DNA from: Octopus sinensis
Taxonomy: Eukaryota
Length of the DNA: 64,000 nt
Assembly: GCF_006345805.1 (NCBI RefSeq)
Contig: NC_043009.1
Location: forward strand, 54,560,001 to 54,624,000
Direction: 5' to 3'
Below the pieces are notes generated by a model. The model was not told the DNA's origin. It ran no database searches and worked only from the letters and a program-made list of their open reading frames with translations. The first letter of the stretch is position 1. The number at the start of each line of letters is the position of its first letter. Position numbers and translations under genes: made by a program. Of the stretch, positions 12,690 to 24,333 are shown piece by piece.

Positions 12690-13040
12690 CTTGAATAATG
12701 CTGCTTGTTTTTAATTTGATGGAGTATATCTGAATTTATAACATTGGCGAAGTGGGTCTTCTGTTTTTGTTAGGTATGTATCCATCCGGAAGTGCTAATA
12801 ACTGAACAGACTTTGTAGATCTTGAGATTCTTCTTTGTCCATGAGTGTGACACTTTTGAAGTCAATCCATGGTGTTGACAAGTTCTTTTTTTGTTCAATT
12901 TGTCTTCATGCAACATGACTTCATTGATATGTAACTGGTTCTTACATCAATAGCTTCCTTTCTTATATCGCTTCTATTCTGCTAGAAAGAAGGTGTTTTT
13001 CTTTTTTATGAAGAAGCTATATGTTCTCTTATGAAAAATT
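12690..13040 (-). mobile_element. Decayed R4/Dong RT fragment
   Basis: Minus-strand RTYSFF..KKGSY*CKNQLHINEVML..KKNLSTPWIDFK..SVTHSW..LKIYKV resembles the R4 RT region GCKDQLLINK..KNLS.AWID.KKAFDSVPHSW. Confidence 0.7.
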
Positions 13041-13050
13041 TGGCAATTCT

Positions 13051-13280
13051 TATTTCTTTATTGCCCACAAGGGGCTAAACATAGAGGTGACAAACAGGGA
13101 CAGACAAAGGGATTAAGTCGATTTCATCGATCCCATTGAGTAACTGGTTCTTAATTTATCGACCCCGAAAGGATTAAAGGCAAAGTCGACCTCGGCGGAA
13201 TTTGAAATCAGAACGTAACGGCAGACGAAATACCGCTAAACATTTCGCCCGGCGTGCTAACGTTTCTGCCAGCTCGCCGC
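13051..13280 (-). mobile_element. SINE family A1
   Basis: Full-length family match. Confidence 0.88.
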
Positions 13281-13664
13281 AAATCTACCAATCCCTGGTA
13301 CCCTTCAGCTCTTAGTTTTGTTAATAGCAGTAGTAGTCTCAGAGTTTCATGACATATGCCCCTGAGTCCTAAATATAAATCTTTGAACTCCTGGAAAGCA
13401 ACAACTAGCTAATGTGTCAGGGACACAAAGAAGAAGAGATTTTATTCACTTCAGTTTGAAGCATTCAAAGTATTCTGGGGAAAAAATTTAGTTAGCTATA
13501 TCCAGATAATATGGTCAAAGAAGAGTAACAGATAGATTAATAAAGCGAATTATATCCTGTCCCTTATGAAAACTGAACGTTAAATCCTAAATATGAAATT
13601 AATGAAAGATTTAAAACATATAGTTGAAAAGGATAGAAATATATATATATATATATATATATAT

Positions 13665-13750
13665 GCACTGTATTTGACGACATATATGACGCGCATTTTT
13701 CCAAGATGAAAACGACTCAGAAATTTACCCCGGGTCCTATATACAAATTT
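13665..13750 (+). mobile_element. Possible pogo/Tigger-type terminal fragment
   Basis: cactgtatttgacgacatatatgacgcgc..gggtcctatatac resembles TACCGTATTT..CGTATAAGACG..GTCTTATAC ends; degenerate, no partner TIR found. Confidence 0.35.
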
Positions 13751-14158
13751 AGGCCTCCTATAAGATAATTTCGACTCTGACGCTCGTTACTACCGGCTAA
13801 TATTAATCCAGATGGCCTCTTCTATCAAACCTGACACCATAATATTAATATTTACTTATATATAATTATTATTAGTAGTAGTAGTACTGTGAAAGAAATT
13901 ATCATTACAATAGGCATTTGTGACGATCGCCAGTACCAACTGATCCGTTACGACTAAATTTGCCTAAACATTCCTACCAGTAATCAATTGGGAACCACAG
14001 AAACAGGGACATAACTGAAAGCAAAAACCGGTAATGTTAAAACGTCAACCTAGGAAACACATTAACATTAAGACCGCAAAGAAATATCTCCGCCATTGAA
14101 AAGCCTTTTTTGAATCTGATATACCAGTGCATCTTTTATGCCACCTAATACGGTAGTT

Positions 14159-14542
14159 GTGGAGGCGCAATGGCCCAGTGGTTAGGGCAGCGGACTCGAG
14201 GTCATAGGATCGCGGTTTCGATTCCCAGACCGGGCGTTGTGAGTGTTTATTGAGCAAAAACACCTAAAGCTCTACGAGGCTCCGGCAGGGGATGGTGGTG
14301 ATCCCTGCTGTACTCTTTCACCACAACTTTCTCTCACTCTTACTTCCTGTTTCTGTTGTACCTGTATTTCAAAGGGCCGGCCTTGTCACTCTCTGTATCA
14401 CGCTGAATATCCCCGAGAACTACGTTAAGGGTACACGTGTCTGTGGAGTGCTCAGCCACTTACACGTTAATTTCACGAGCAGGCTGTTCCGTTGATTCGG
14501 ATCAACCGGAACCCTCGTCGTCGTAACCGACGGAGTGCTTCC
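14159..14542 (+). mobile_element. SINE family B, tail type B1, with 12-bp TSD
   Basis: tRNA-like head, tail ending cgtaaccgacggagtgcttcc; TSD aatacggtagtt at 14147-14158 and 14543-14554. Confidence 0.93.
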
Positions 14543-14589
14543 AATACGGTAGTTACGGTTAAACAGCAAAATATAGTTTCCGATTTAGA

Positions 14590-14790
14590 CACAGGGCCAG
14601 CAATTTTTGAAGAAGAAAAGGATGTTAGTCGTTTCCATTTGCCCCCAGTGCTTCACCCGGCACTTTATTTTATCGACCCCCAAAGGATGAAATACGAATT
14701 TCACCTCAGCGGTTTTTGAAACAGCAAATACCGCAAGGTAATGTTTCTTCCCGACGTTCTAACGATTCTGTCAGCGAGCCACCGTGAATT
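14590..14790 (-). mobile_element. Degenerate SINE family A, tail type A2
   Basis: ggccagcaattttt..ttttatcgacccccaaaggatgaaa..ctaacgattctgtcagc. Confidence 0.7.
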
Positions 14791-15230
14791 TGGCAGCAAA
14801 ATAATAAAGCTCTAATGAAGCTGAAAAGTTGGTCAGTTGTAAAGTTGAAAGGATGAAGTGTAAAGGAATATATATATATATACATATATCTCTACACCAC
14901 AGTTTCTCTATAATTCTTTATATTGAGAGATTTTTGCCTCTCTATTGAACGCTTCTATATGCAATGTATGAACGCGTATATATGTATGTATGTATGTATG
15001 TATATATATATAGAGAGAGAGAGAGTGGGGAGAAACAGGAGGATATATATACACAGAAATACTACCTTAATGCATACACATTTATGTATGTATATACATA
15101 TATATGAATGTATGTATGTATATGTATAAATATACATATATATATATTTTTTCTATATATATATACGTATATATCATATACTTATGTGTGTGCGCGCGCG
15201 TGCATATGTATATATGTGTGTGTGTGTAGG

Positions 15231-15292
<62 letters not shown>

Positions 15293-15561
15293 TATGCATA
15301 CATACACGTAAGCATACAGACAGACAGAGCGAGAAAGGCAAGTCAGACTGTCTAACACATACGAACAGCTACAAACATATAAAGACAGCCAGAGGATAAT
15401 CTTGATGGCAAGAGACAGAAGAAGGTAAAATGAAACAGATTGATAGGGAGAAATAGACAAATAAAGAAGAAGAGAGAGAGATATGGAGTGAACCAACAGA
15501 AGGAGGAAGTAACGTGGAGAATGAAGAAGTTATGCTTTGATTTGTCTTATTATTATTATTA

Positions 15562-15597
<36 letters not shown>

Positions 15598-15906
15598 GTG
15601 GAGGCGCAATGGTCTAGTGGTTAGGGCAGCGGACTCGCGGTCGTAGGATCGCGGTTTCGATTCCCAGACCGGGCGTTGTGAGTGTTTATTGAGCGAAAAC
15701 ACCTGTAAAGCTCCACGAGGCTCCGGCAGGGGGTGCTGGTGATCCTTGTTGTACTCTTTCACCACTATTTCTCCCACTCTTTCTTCTGTTGGCCTGCTCG
15801 TTTAGCCAGCGGGGTGGCGTCATTCGAAGGCTAAAACAATGCGAACCCATTGTGACCAGCGATGTGTAACTACATCTGATGGACTGGTCAGTCACGGGAT
15901 CACGTG
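15598..15906 (+). mobile_element. SINE family B2 inserted in (TTA)n
   Basis: Matches 5066-5379; (TTA)n on both sides. Confidence 0.9.
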
Positions 15907-15926
15907 CTTATTATTATTATTATTAT

Positions 15927-16485
15927 TGAGTGAGAGAGCAGTTCATGCCATCAAAGTGACACTGGGGTAAAATATACGAAGCCCAATATACCCATCATGA
16001 CTACCCGTCTGATAAAGGTACACCAGGCACATGCATCATAACCATATGTGCGCGACATGGTGATCTCATATCAAGATAAACAGCACATGACCTTGCAGGT
16101 GGGGCCCAGTTAGAATTTTCTTCAGGTTGAGTAGCCCATCCCGCTCTAAAGGTCCCTGAATAAGGGTTGTTTAAGGATGTTGAAAGAACCACCCATGTTT
16201 CCAGAGGTGAACTATTCAAACCCCAAAGAATCCCTCTCAACACATGGCTATGATGCTCCCCCACTACTTCTTCTCGTGATCAGAGATGCACATATCGTCA
16301 GCCACTAAGGGACATGCTCAACTGGTTAAGGTCAAACAACTGACAAGCAAATCTGTGGTATTGAGCAGAATATTTGCTGTAGCCCATCTTTTATACCAAG
16401 ACAAAACAATGTACATGATAACACTTCCAATCAGTTAAGATCAGAAGCCATGAGAGCCTCTGCCTGGTACTGCATCAGGGCATTT
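15927..16485 (-). mobile_element. Unclassified ~560-bp non-coding interspersed element bounded by (TAA)n
   Basis: Complex sequence with sharp (TTA)n boundaries; no transposase/RT motif and no clear tRNA head. Strand is assigned only from the R4-like ..caataataat end. Confidence 0.5.
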
Positions 16486-16508
16486 ATTATTATTATTATT
16501 ATTATTCT

Positions 16509-16713
16509 GCGAGCTGGCAGAATCGTTAGCACGCCGGGCAAAATGCTTAGCGGTATTTCGTCCGTCGTTACGTCCCGAGTTCAAATTCCGCCGAGGTCGA
16601 CTTTGCCTTTCATCGTTTAGAGGTCGATAAATTAAGTACCAGTTACATTGGGGTCGTTGTGATCGACATATACCCTCTCCCAAAATGGCTGCCCTTGTGG
16701 CAAAATTTCAAAC

Positions 16714-16714
<1 letters not shown>
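16509..16714 (+). mobile_element. SINE family A2
   Basis: Family A head and core with tail ccctctcccaaaatggctgcccttgtggcaaaatttcaaacc, then (ATT)n. Confidence 0.85.
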
Positions 16715-16773
<59 letters not shown>

Positions 16774-17005
16774 CATCATCATCATCATCATCATCCTTAT
16801 TCTGTAAAAAGACAATAATTTAGGGTGGATAAGAGATAGGAAATATCCAATATCATCATTTTTATTATCTGCAGTTTCGTTTTTGTCGTTGACTTAGTCA
16901 TTATCATCATCATTGTCATCGTCGTTTCGTCATCATTATCAGCATTATTCTCATCATCATGAGCATCATCAACAATAGCAACAACAATAATACATAGACA
17001 TAACC

Positions 17006-17237
17006 TATTTCTTTATTACCAACAAGGGGCTAAACACAGAGGGGACAAACAAGGACAGACATAGGTATTAAGTCGATTACATCGACCCCAGTGCGTAACT
17101 GGTACTTAATTTATCGACCCCGAAAGGATGAAAGGCAAAGTCGTCCTCGGCGGAATTTGGACTCAGAACGTAACGACAGACGAAATACGGCTACGCATTT
17201 CGCCCGGCGTGCTAACGATTCTGCCATCTCGCCGCCT
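17006..17237 (-). mobile_element. SINE family A1
   Basis: Full-length family match. Confidence 0.88.
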
Positions 17238-17463
17238 CATAACCGACTACAGCAACAACAACATCAGCAACATCACCGAGGTCGACCATTCTGTCGAAGT
17301 CAGTTATTTTAAAAGTCACATACAACTCATCCACAGCATTCGCAACACTCATACAGGGACAGGATAAAGCAAAATATCACACCAACATAGTTAGCACAAC
17401 CACAGACACTTGGAACCTGATGCAATCACAGGTACAACCACATGTACCACATTTGGCCAACAA

Positions 17464-17656
17464 AGCAGGAGTTACTGTGTGGTAAGTAGCTTGCTTACCA
17501 ACCACATGGTTCTGGGTTTAATCCCACTGCGTGGCACCTTGGGAATGTGTCTTCTACTATAGACTTGGGCCGACCAAAGCCTTGTGAGTGGATTTGGTAG
17601 ACGGAAACTGAAAGAAGCCCGTCGTATATATATATGTGTGTGTGTGTGTGTGCGTA

Positions 17657-17729
<73 letters not shown>

Positions 17730-17934
17730 CTGTGTTTGTCCCTCCGCCATCACTTGAAGACCAGCGTTGGTGTATTTACGTCCCCGTAACTTAGCGGTTC
17801 AGCAACACAGGCCAATTGAATAATTACTAGGCTTCCAAAGAATAAGTCCTGGGATCGATTTGCTCGACAAAAAGGCGGTGCTCCGGCATGGCCGCAGTCA
17901 AATGACTGAAAGAATTAAAAGAGTAAAAGAGTAA
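17464..17934 (+). mobile_element. SINE family C with expanded internal (TG)n
   Basis: Head, ~100-bp TA/TG tract after gaagcccgtcg, and tail. Confidence 0.88.
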
Positions 17935-18124
17935 CGATGTGCATACAATATGTTAGGTCCATGGTCCATCAAGGATTCTGGCCCCTTCTGTATGGGGTTC
18001 TACACTTAACCACAACAAACCACATTAATTAAACCTCTCGAATGAAACAAATGAAAATATTCAAAATGAAACACGACTTCGATATGAGCGGAGCAGAATT
18101 TGTTGCTACGGCAGTCTTTCATCT

Positions 18125-18411
18125 TTAAGGGTTTACTTCTTTCAGTCATTGGACTGCGGTCATGCTGGAGCACCGCGGTGAAGAGTTTTAGTTGAACAAA
18201 TCGCCCCTCCCCCCACCAGTACTTATTTTGTTGCCAAACTGCTAAGTTGCGGGCACGTAAACAGATCAACACCGGTCATTGGGCGGTGGAGCCTTACACA
18301 AGCACAAAGACACAAGGACACATACACACAGTCGGACATACATAAATACACACACACACACAGCTATACATACTTACATACATCCATGCATACATAGGTA
18401 CATATATATAT

Positions 18412-18450
<39 letters not shown>

Positions 18451-18456
18451 CATACA

Positions 18457-18491
<35 letters not shown>

Positions 18492-18670
18492 GTATGTATG
18501 TATGCGTGTATGTATGTATGTATGTACGTACGTATGTATGTATGTACGTATGTACGTATGTACGTATGTATGTATGTATGTATGTATGTATGTTTGTACA
18601 CACACGACGGGCTTTCACACATAAGTCGGCTCTGGGCTATAGCAGAAGACACTTGCTCAAGGTGCAACCT
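18125..18670 (-). mobile_element. SINE family C with ~300-bp internal compound microsatellite
   Basis: Tail at 18125-18300, (ACAT)(AGAT)(GTAT) tract, head remnant cgacgggcttt..gaagacacttgctcaaggtgc. Confidence 0.75.
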
Positions 18671-19394
18671 TCATAATCCGTCATATAAACTACGAGTACA
18701 TTACGGAGTGTTTTTTCTTCTAATTTTGAGTGGACGGGGAGAATATTTCGAAATATAAGGTGCACCGTGTTGATAATCATGCCATTCGGTCACGATGTGA
18801 CATATAAACAAAATAATTACGCAACACGTTGGCATAAAAACGGGTGAATCTGACTGCAATTTTCACAGTACTTATCACTACATACGCACTAACGCCGAAA
18901 CACCCAGAAGCTACTACAACAACCAAGAACATATTAACTACTGCGACGCCATTATAAAAAAATAACACTGATTCTTCCAGCCAGCACTTCCTGTCTGCAC
19001 GGACAAACATTAAATATTAGCATGGACACAGAAATAGCTGTAGCGTCGACAATTTCATTTAAGCCAAACGTTGCTACGAAGCGCATTTCCATTAATGAGA
19101 ATTTGAGAGAAACAACTGCTACGCACCAGCTGAGACCCCCTCCCATCTTCTGTCTGATTCGATTGAATCTTGAGCCGACGAGGAAGCCGTTACGTAGACG
19201 CATGACCTGCCAGAAATAGCAGCCAAAAATCTTTAACTGGCATTCTTGAGAAACGAAGTACACAATGGATGACATTATTCTGAGATTTGTAATACCATTG
19301 AGAAAGGATAGATGCTTACGGATGGATTTCTATTATCATAGGTTTACTCAGTCAGGGCAAACTTGGGACTGGCTACACAGCAACAACAACGACA

Positions 19395-19585
19395 GTGGAG
19401 GCGCAATGGCCCAGTGGTTAGGGCAGCAGACTCGCGGTCGTAAGAACGCGGTTTCGATTCCCAGACGAGGCATTGTGAGTGTTTATTGAGCAAAAAACAC
19501 CTAAGCTCCACGAGGCTCCGGCGGGGGTGGTGGTGAACCCCGCTGTACTCTTTCACCACAACTTTCTCTCACTCTTTCTTCCTAC
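19395..19585 (+). mobile_element. SINE family B, 3'-truncated
   Basis: Head and core match; the tail is replaced by unrelated sequence. Confidence 0.85.
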
Positions 19586-19873
19586 TTCGGCCACAAAGCA
19601 GAGGAACTATGGTGTAACCCATTATGGTGTGGTAAAACGTTCAGACCCTAGTCTAGATTGCGAATCCTCTGTACCCCAGGATGGTTCAGCTCTCCACCCG
19701 TTAAAAGCCACCGTTTACGGAATGAGGATAACAACGTAGCTTTCGCGCCCGTGCAACCGCCAGTCTATCGCGTCTGGTGGGTGGATCTTCAAGTTGCTAC
19801 ACGCATTCTTAGTAGCTTAGAGTAGGCTCGAATTAGAGATTATTCTTTGTGACTAATGGCGTGAGTCCTGATT

Positions 19874-19966
19874 GAAGAAGAAGAAGAAGAAGAAGAAGAA
19901 GAAGAGAAGAAGAAGAAGAAGAAGAAGAAGAAGAAGAAGAAGAGAAGAAGAAGAAGAAGAAGAAGA
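19874..19966. repeat. (GAA)n microsatellite
   Basis: Directly visible. Confidence 0.97.
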
Positions 19967-20069
19967 CAACGAAAATGACAACAAAGGCAGCAGCAAGTTC
20001 ACAGAAGTAGGCTGGATAACTGAGAGAGTACAACACACTCTTCAACACAAAGTACACAAACCGTACTCC

Positions 20070-21385
20070 ATACAATTAGTCACTAACAGGAAGTACACAG
20101 TGCCACTACCTCATAGTACTCAACACAATTGATAATCAAGAAAGTGTCACATTGTTACAAAGTATCCCGTATAATTAATCACCAATACAAAGTACACAGT
20201 AAACGCAGGAGAGGCTGTGTGGTAAGTAGCTTGCTTACCAACCACATGGTTCCGGGTTCAGCGCCACTGCGTGGCATCCTGGACAAGTGTCTTCTACTAT
20301 AGCCTCGGGCCGACCAAAGCCTTGTGAGTGGATTTGATAGACGGAAACTGAAAGAAGCCCGTCGTGTATATGTATATATATATATATATGTGTGTGTGTA
20401 TGTGTGTGTGTGTATGTTTGTGTGTGTGTGTGTGTGTGTGTTTGTCCCCCCAACATCGCTTGACAACCGATGCTAGTGTGTTTATGTCCCCGTCATCTAG
20501 CGGTTCGGCAAAAGAGACCGATAGAATAAGTACTAGGCTTACAAAGAATAAGTCTCGGGGTCGATTTGCTCGACTAAAAGGCGGTGCTCCAGCATGGCCG
20601 AAGTCAAATGACTGAAACAAGTAAAAGAGTAAAAGAGTAAAAGAGTAAAAGAGAGTATTACATTGTCATACAGTACTCCATACAATTAGTGCCTAACAGA
20701 GAGTACACACTGTCACCCAATACTCCAAGCAATTAGGCTCATACAGAAAGTACACATCGTCGTACTATCACACAGTACTCCATACAATTAATCACTAACA
20801 GAGAGTACGTGCTATTTCACAGAACTCAATACAATTAATTACCAACTGAAAGTACGCACAGTCACCCTATTGCACAGTGCTCCGGTACTCTCCTCAATTT
20901 ATCATCCAAAGGGAGTACATAAAGCCACCCTGTCACACAGTACTTCGTGCAATTAATCACAAACACAGAGTACCCAATGTTACATTATCACACAGTACTC
21001 CAAACAGTTAATACCCAACAGAGAGTACACATTGTCACATAGTACTCCGTACAATTAATCATTAAGAGAGTACACAATCACACAGTATTCCATACAGTTA
21101 ATCACCAGCATGGAGTACACGATGTCACATTATTCACACAGTACTCCACGTAATTAAGCCACAACAGAAAATGCATAATACCAAACAGTCACATAATACT
21201 CCGTACAATTAATCATTAAGAGAGTACACAATCACACAGTATTCCATACAGTTAATCACCAACATGGAGTACACGATATCACATTATTCACACAGTACTC
21301 CATGTAATTAAGCTATGACAGAAAATGCATAATACCAAACAGTCACATAATATTCCGTACAATTAAACATTAACAGGGAGTCATG
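20070..21385 (+). repeat. Diverged 40-60-bp minisatellite (~17 monomers) with a 154-bp higher-order repeat
   Basis: Core cacagtactcc(a/g)tacaattaatcac..acagagagtacac; three-monomer unit restarting at 21034, 21188 and 21342; interrupted by a SINE C. Confidence 0.88.
20205..20652 (+). mobile_element. SINE family C inserted in the minisatellite
   Basis: Full-length copy ending (aaaagagt)n. Confidence 0.9.
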
Positions 21386-21599
21386 CTGCTCTTTGCTTGC
21401 AACAATCAATTTACTTCTAAAACAATAGAGCTGTGAATTGTAGTTAGTCTGTTGATCGATGATTTATATGTTATAGTGTTGTTCGATCAGAGCTGACCTG
21501 CAGTTACATAACAATCATACAAAGAATGACATTAATTTCTTTTTTTATTTTTATTCTGAACATGGCTATTCATCAGGTAAAAAGGCTGGGTGGGCGTAC

Positions 21600-21860
21600 A
21601 GTTAATGCAATCTACTTCCGTATATGACCGCAGGGGAATACTCAACGCTACTGCAACAGAAGATCAGATGAATGACATAGTCATGTTGTCAAAAGACTTC
21701 AGAATAACAGTAATACAAATAACAAAGAATAGCAACTCGGTTTTTATCTGGTTGATCTTCAAGTGGATAAAGCTATAAATAATAGCATGGAAAATATATT
21801 GGGGTTAGAAAAAACCTCTTTGGATAGGAAAAAGTCGAAGGCTGCCGGGGACATAAACTA
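21600..21860 (+). mobile_element. Possible decayed Tc1-like transposase N-terminal fragment
   Basis: RGILNATATEDQMNDIVMLSKDFRITVIQI and a downstream KKPL loosely resemble Tc1 GRPR.TT..EDR.I..LS...R.T..QI..KKPLL. Confidence 0.3.
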
Positions 21861-21918
21861 GCAATGAAGGTTTATCGTGAACTAACAATTGTTATAACTT
21901 TGCCTGGGCAAAGTTATA

Positions 21919-22330
21919 GGCGTAGGAGTGGCTGTGTGGTAAGTAGCTTACTTACCAACCACATGGTCCTGGGTTCAGTCCCACTGCGTGGCACCTTGAG
22001 CAAGTGTCTTCTACTATAGCCTCGGGACGACCAAAGCCTTGTGAGTGGATTTAGTAGACGGAAACTGAAAGAAGCCCGTCGTATATATGTATATATATAT
22101 ATGTATCTGTGTGTATATGTTTGTGTGTCCGTGTTTGTCTCCCCAACATCGCTTGACAACCGATGCTGGTGTGTTTACATCCCCGTCACTTAGCGGTTCG
22201 GCAAAAGAGACCGATAGAATTAAGTACTAGGCTTGCAAAGAATAAGTCCTGGGGTCGATTTGCTCGACTAAATGCGGTCGGTGCTCCAGCATGGCCTCAG
22301 TCAAATGACTGAAACAAGTAAAAGAGAAAA
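21919..22330 (+). mobile_element. SINE family C, full length
   Basis: Starts ggcgtaggagtggctgtgtggtaag; complete tail. Confidence 0.92.
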
Positions 22331-23139
22331 GAGGACCGTCTTAGCAACATTTATAGGCTCCCGTGCAAATCAATGCCCTGAATTCTTTCGTATCTTTCTT
22401 TTTCTCTTTTCTTTTTTTTTTTTTGACAGTAGCACATCACACATGGAGCGGAAGTAGGTCCCTAGATCCGTGAGTGCTCCAGGCAAATCAATGCACTAGG
22501 CCTCTATAGTATATTTATACAGCAAGCCTCGGCATTCATAAATGAGAATTGGGTCACTAGAACCATAGAGCCAAGGCAAATCAATACACTGAACCCCGAA
22601 GTAGTATTTTTTTTTTTTGCAGCAAACCACAGCATGCACGGAGAACTGAGCCCCTAAGCCCGTAAGTCTTTCAGGCAAATAAATGCCCTGGGCCCTATAG
22701 TTTTTGTTTGTTTTTTGTTTTATTGTATTTGTTTGTTTGCTTGTTTTTTTGACAGCAACACATTACACATGGAGCAGAATTAGGTTGCTATACCCGTCAG
22801 CCCTCAGTCAAATCAATGCCCTGAGCACTATAGTTTTTGGTTGTTTTTTTTTTACAGAAAACCACGGTATATATTTAGTGGAATGGGTCCCTAAACCCGC
22901 AAGGCTCTCTGGAAAATCAATGCATAAGGCCCTATAGTATTTTGTTGGGGCAGCAAACCACAGAACATATAGAGAGTAGAATTGGACCCCTAAACCTGTG
23001 AGACCCTCGAGCAAATCAATGCATTGGGCCCTCTAGGATTTTTTAAGAGAAATTCACAGCATACACAAAGTAGAATTGAACCCCTAGACGCGTGAGGCTG
23101 CCAGGAAGCATAGTGATCCTATGCTATTAAATGACACTG
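22331..23139 (+). mobile_element. Probable hAT-type non-autonomous element containing seven ~100-bp tandem monomers
   Basis: Leader gaggaccgtcttagcaacatttatagg; right end reads cagtgtcatttaatagcatagg on the minus strand (degenerate TIR); monomers homologous to 3181-3670. Confidence 0.55.
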
Positions 23140-23437
23140 ACCTTAAATTTCACTTCCAAGGGTGTAGGCTTTTGCAATACAGGAATACGAAATGAAATAT
23201 CTGATGTACGAAAGCAATATTGGTTGCAGGTTAAAACACCTACATGTGGCATGTGATGTAGATTTAATTGAATTAATAGAATACAATACAATAAAACTGC
23301 TGGATAGAGTTTAGATTTAGAAACATGTCGAGTAGGATGTATGTGTTCCGTGTGTAAAATAGACATGATTATGTACTTATCGCCTTAAGCATAACACACA
23401 TTCGTAAATATAAACATAGACAAACAACTATATATAT

Positions 23438-23479
<42 letters not shown>

Positions 23480-23761
23480 CACGCGTGTGTGTGTGAGAGA
23501 GAGAGAGAGCACATATGTATGTGTGTGTGAGCACATAGGTATGTATGTGTTTGTGTGTGTATGTGTTTGTGTGAGAATCGTGCGTGTATAAATGAACGTA
23601 TCATGTCTAAATTATGAGTGTGTAATCACGTATATCTTACATTTGGCATATCTGCATTCACCTATGCTAAATGCAAGCAGAACGTTTATTTAACTATTCT
23701 ACAGGTTAGACAGAAGTAACGCAAACACATGCACGCAAACATACCCCTATACACACATATG

Positions 23762-23848
<87 letters not shown>

Positions 23849-24046
23849 TATGCATTTATATATTTTTAATACAACAATTATTTTTCACACGTGTATATCT
23901 TTCTGGTGAGTTTTCTGATATTGATTTCCTAATATTAATAATAATATATTATTTTAAAAAAATAAAAAAATAAAAAAATAAAAAATATATATATATACAC
24001 ACACATATATATATATATATTATATATATATAATATATATATATAT

Positions 24047-24087
<41 letters not shown>

Positions 24088-24107
24088 CATACATATATAT
24101 ACATACA

Positions 24108-24211
<104 letters not shown>

Positions 24212-24229
24212 TCGCGCAAGCAATCACGC

Positions 24230-24333
<104 letters not shown>

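Noticed and set aside
16400-16485. Faint 5S rRNA/U2-like words at one end of the 560-bp element
   Set aside because: Only short discontinuous matches, and the rest of those RNAs is absent.
18690-19340. Complex sequence with short ORFs on both strands, possibly an old transposon
   Set aside because: No motif recognised with confidence; left unannotated.
20070-21385. CRISPR-like look (palindromic repeats with variable linkers)
   Set aside because: Eukaryotic context, no cas genes, degenerate repeats, and linkers that are related to each other and duplicated in a higher-order unit.
21562-21585. gaacATGgctattcatCAG|GTAAAA: Kozak ATG plus donor site (MAIHQ micro-exon)
   Set aside because: Short motifs expected by chance; the downstream sequence looks more like a decayed Tc1 fragment, and there are no partner exons.
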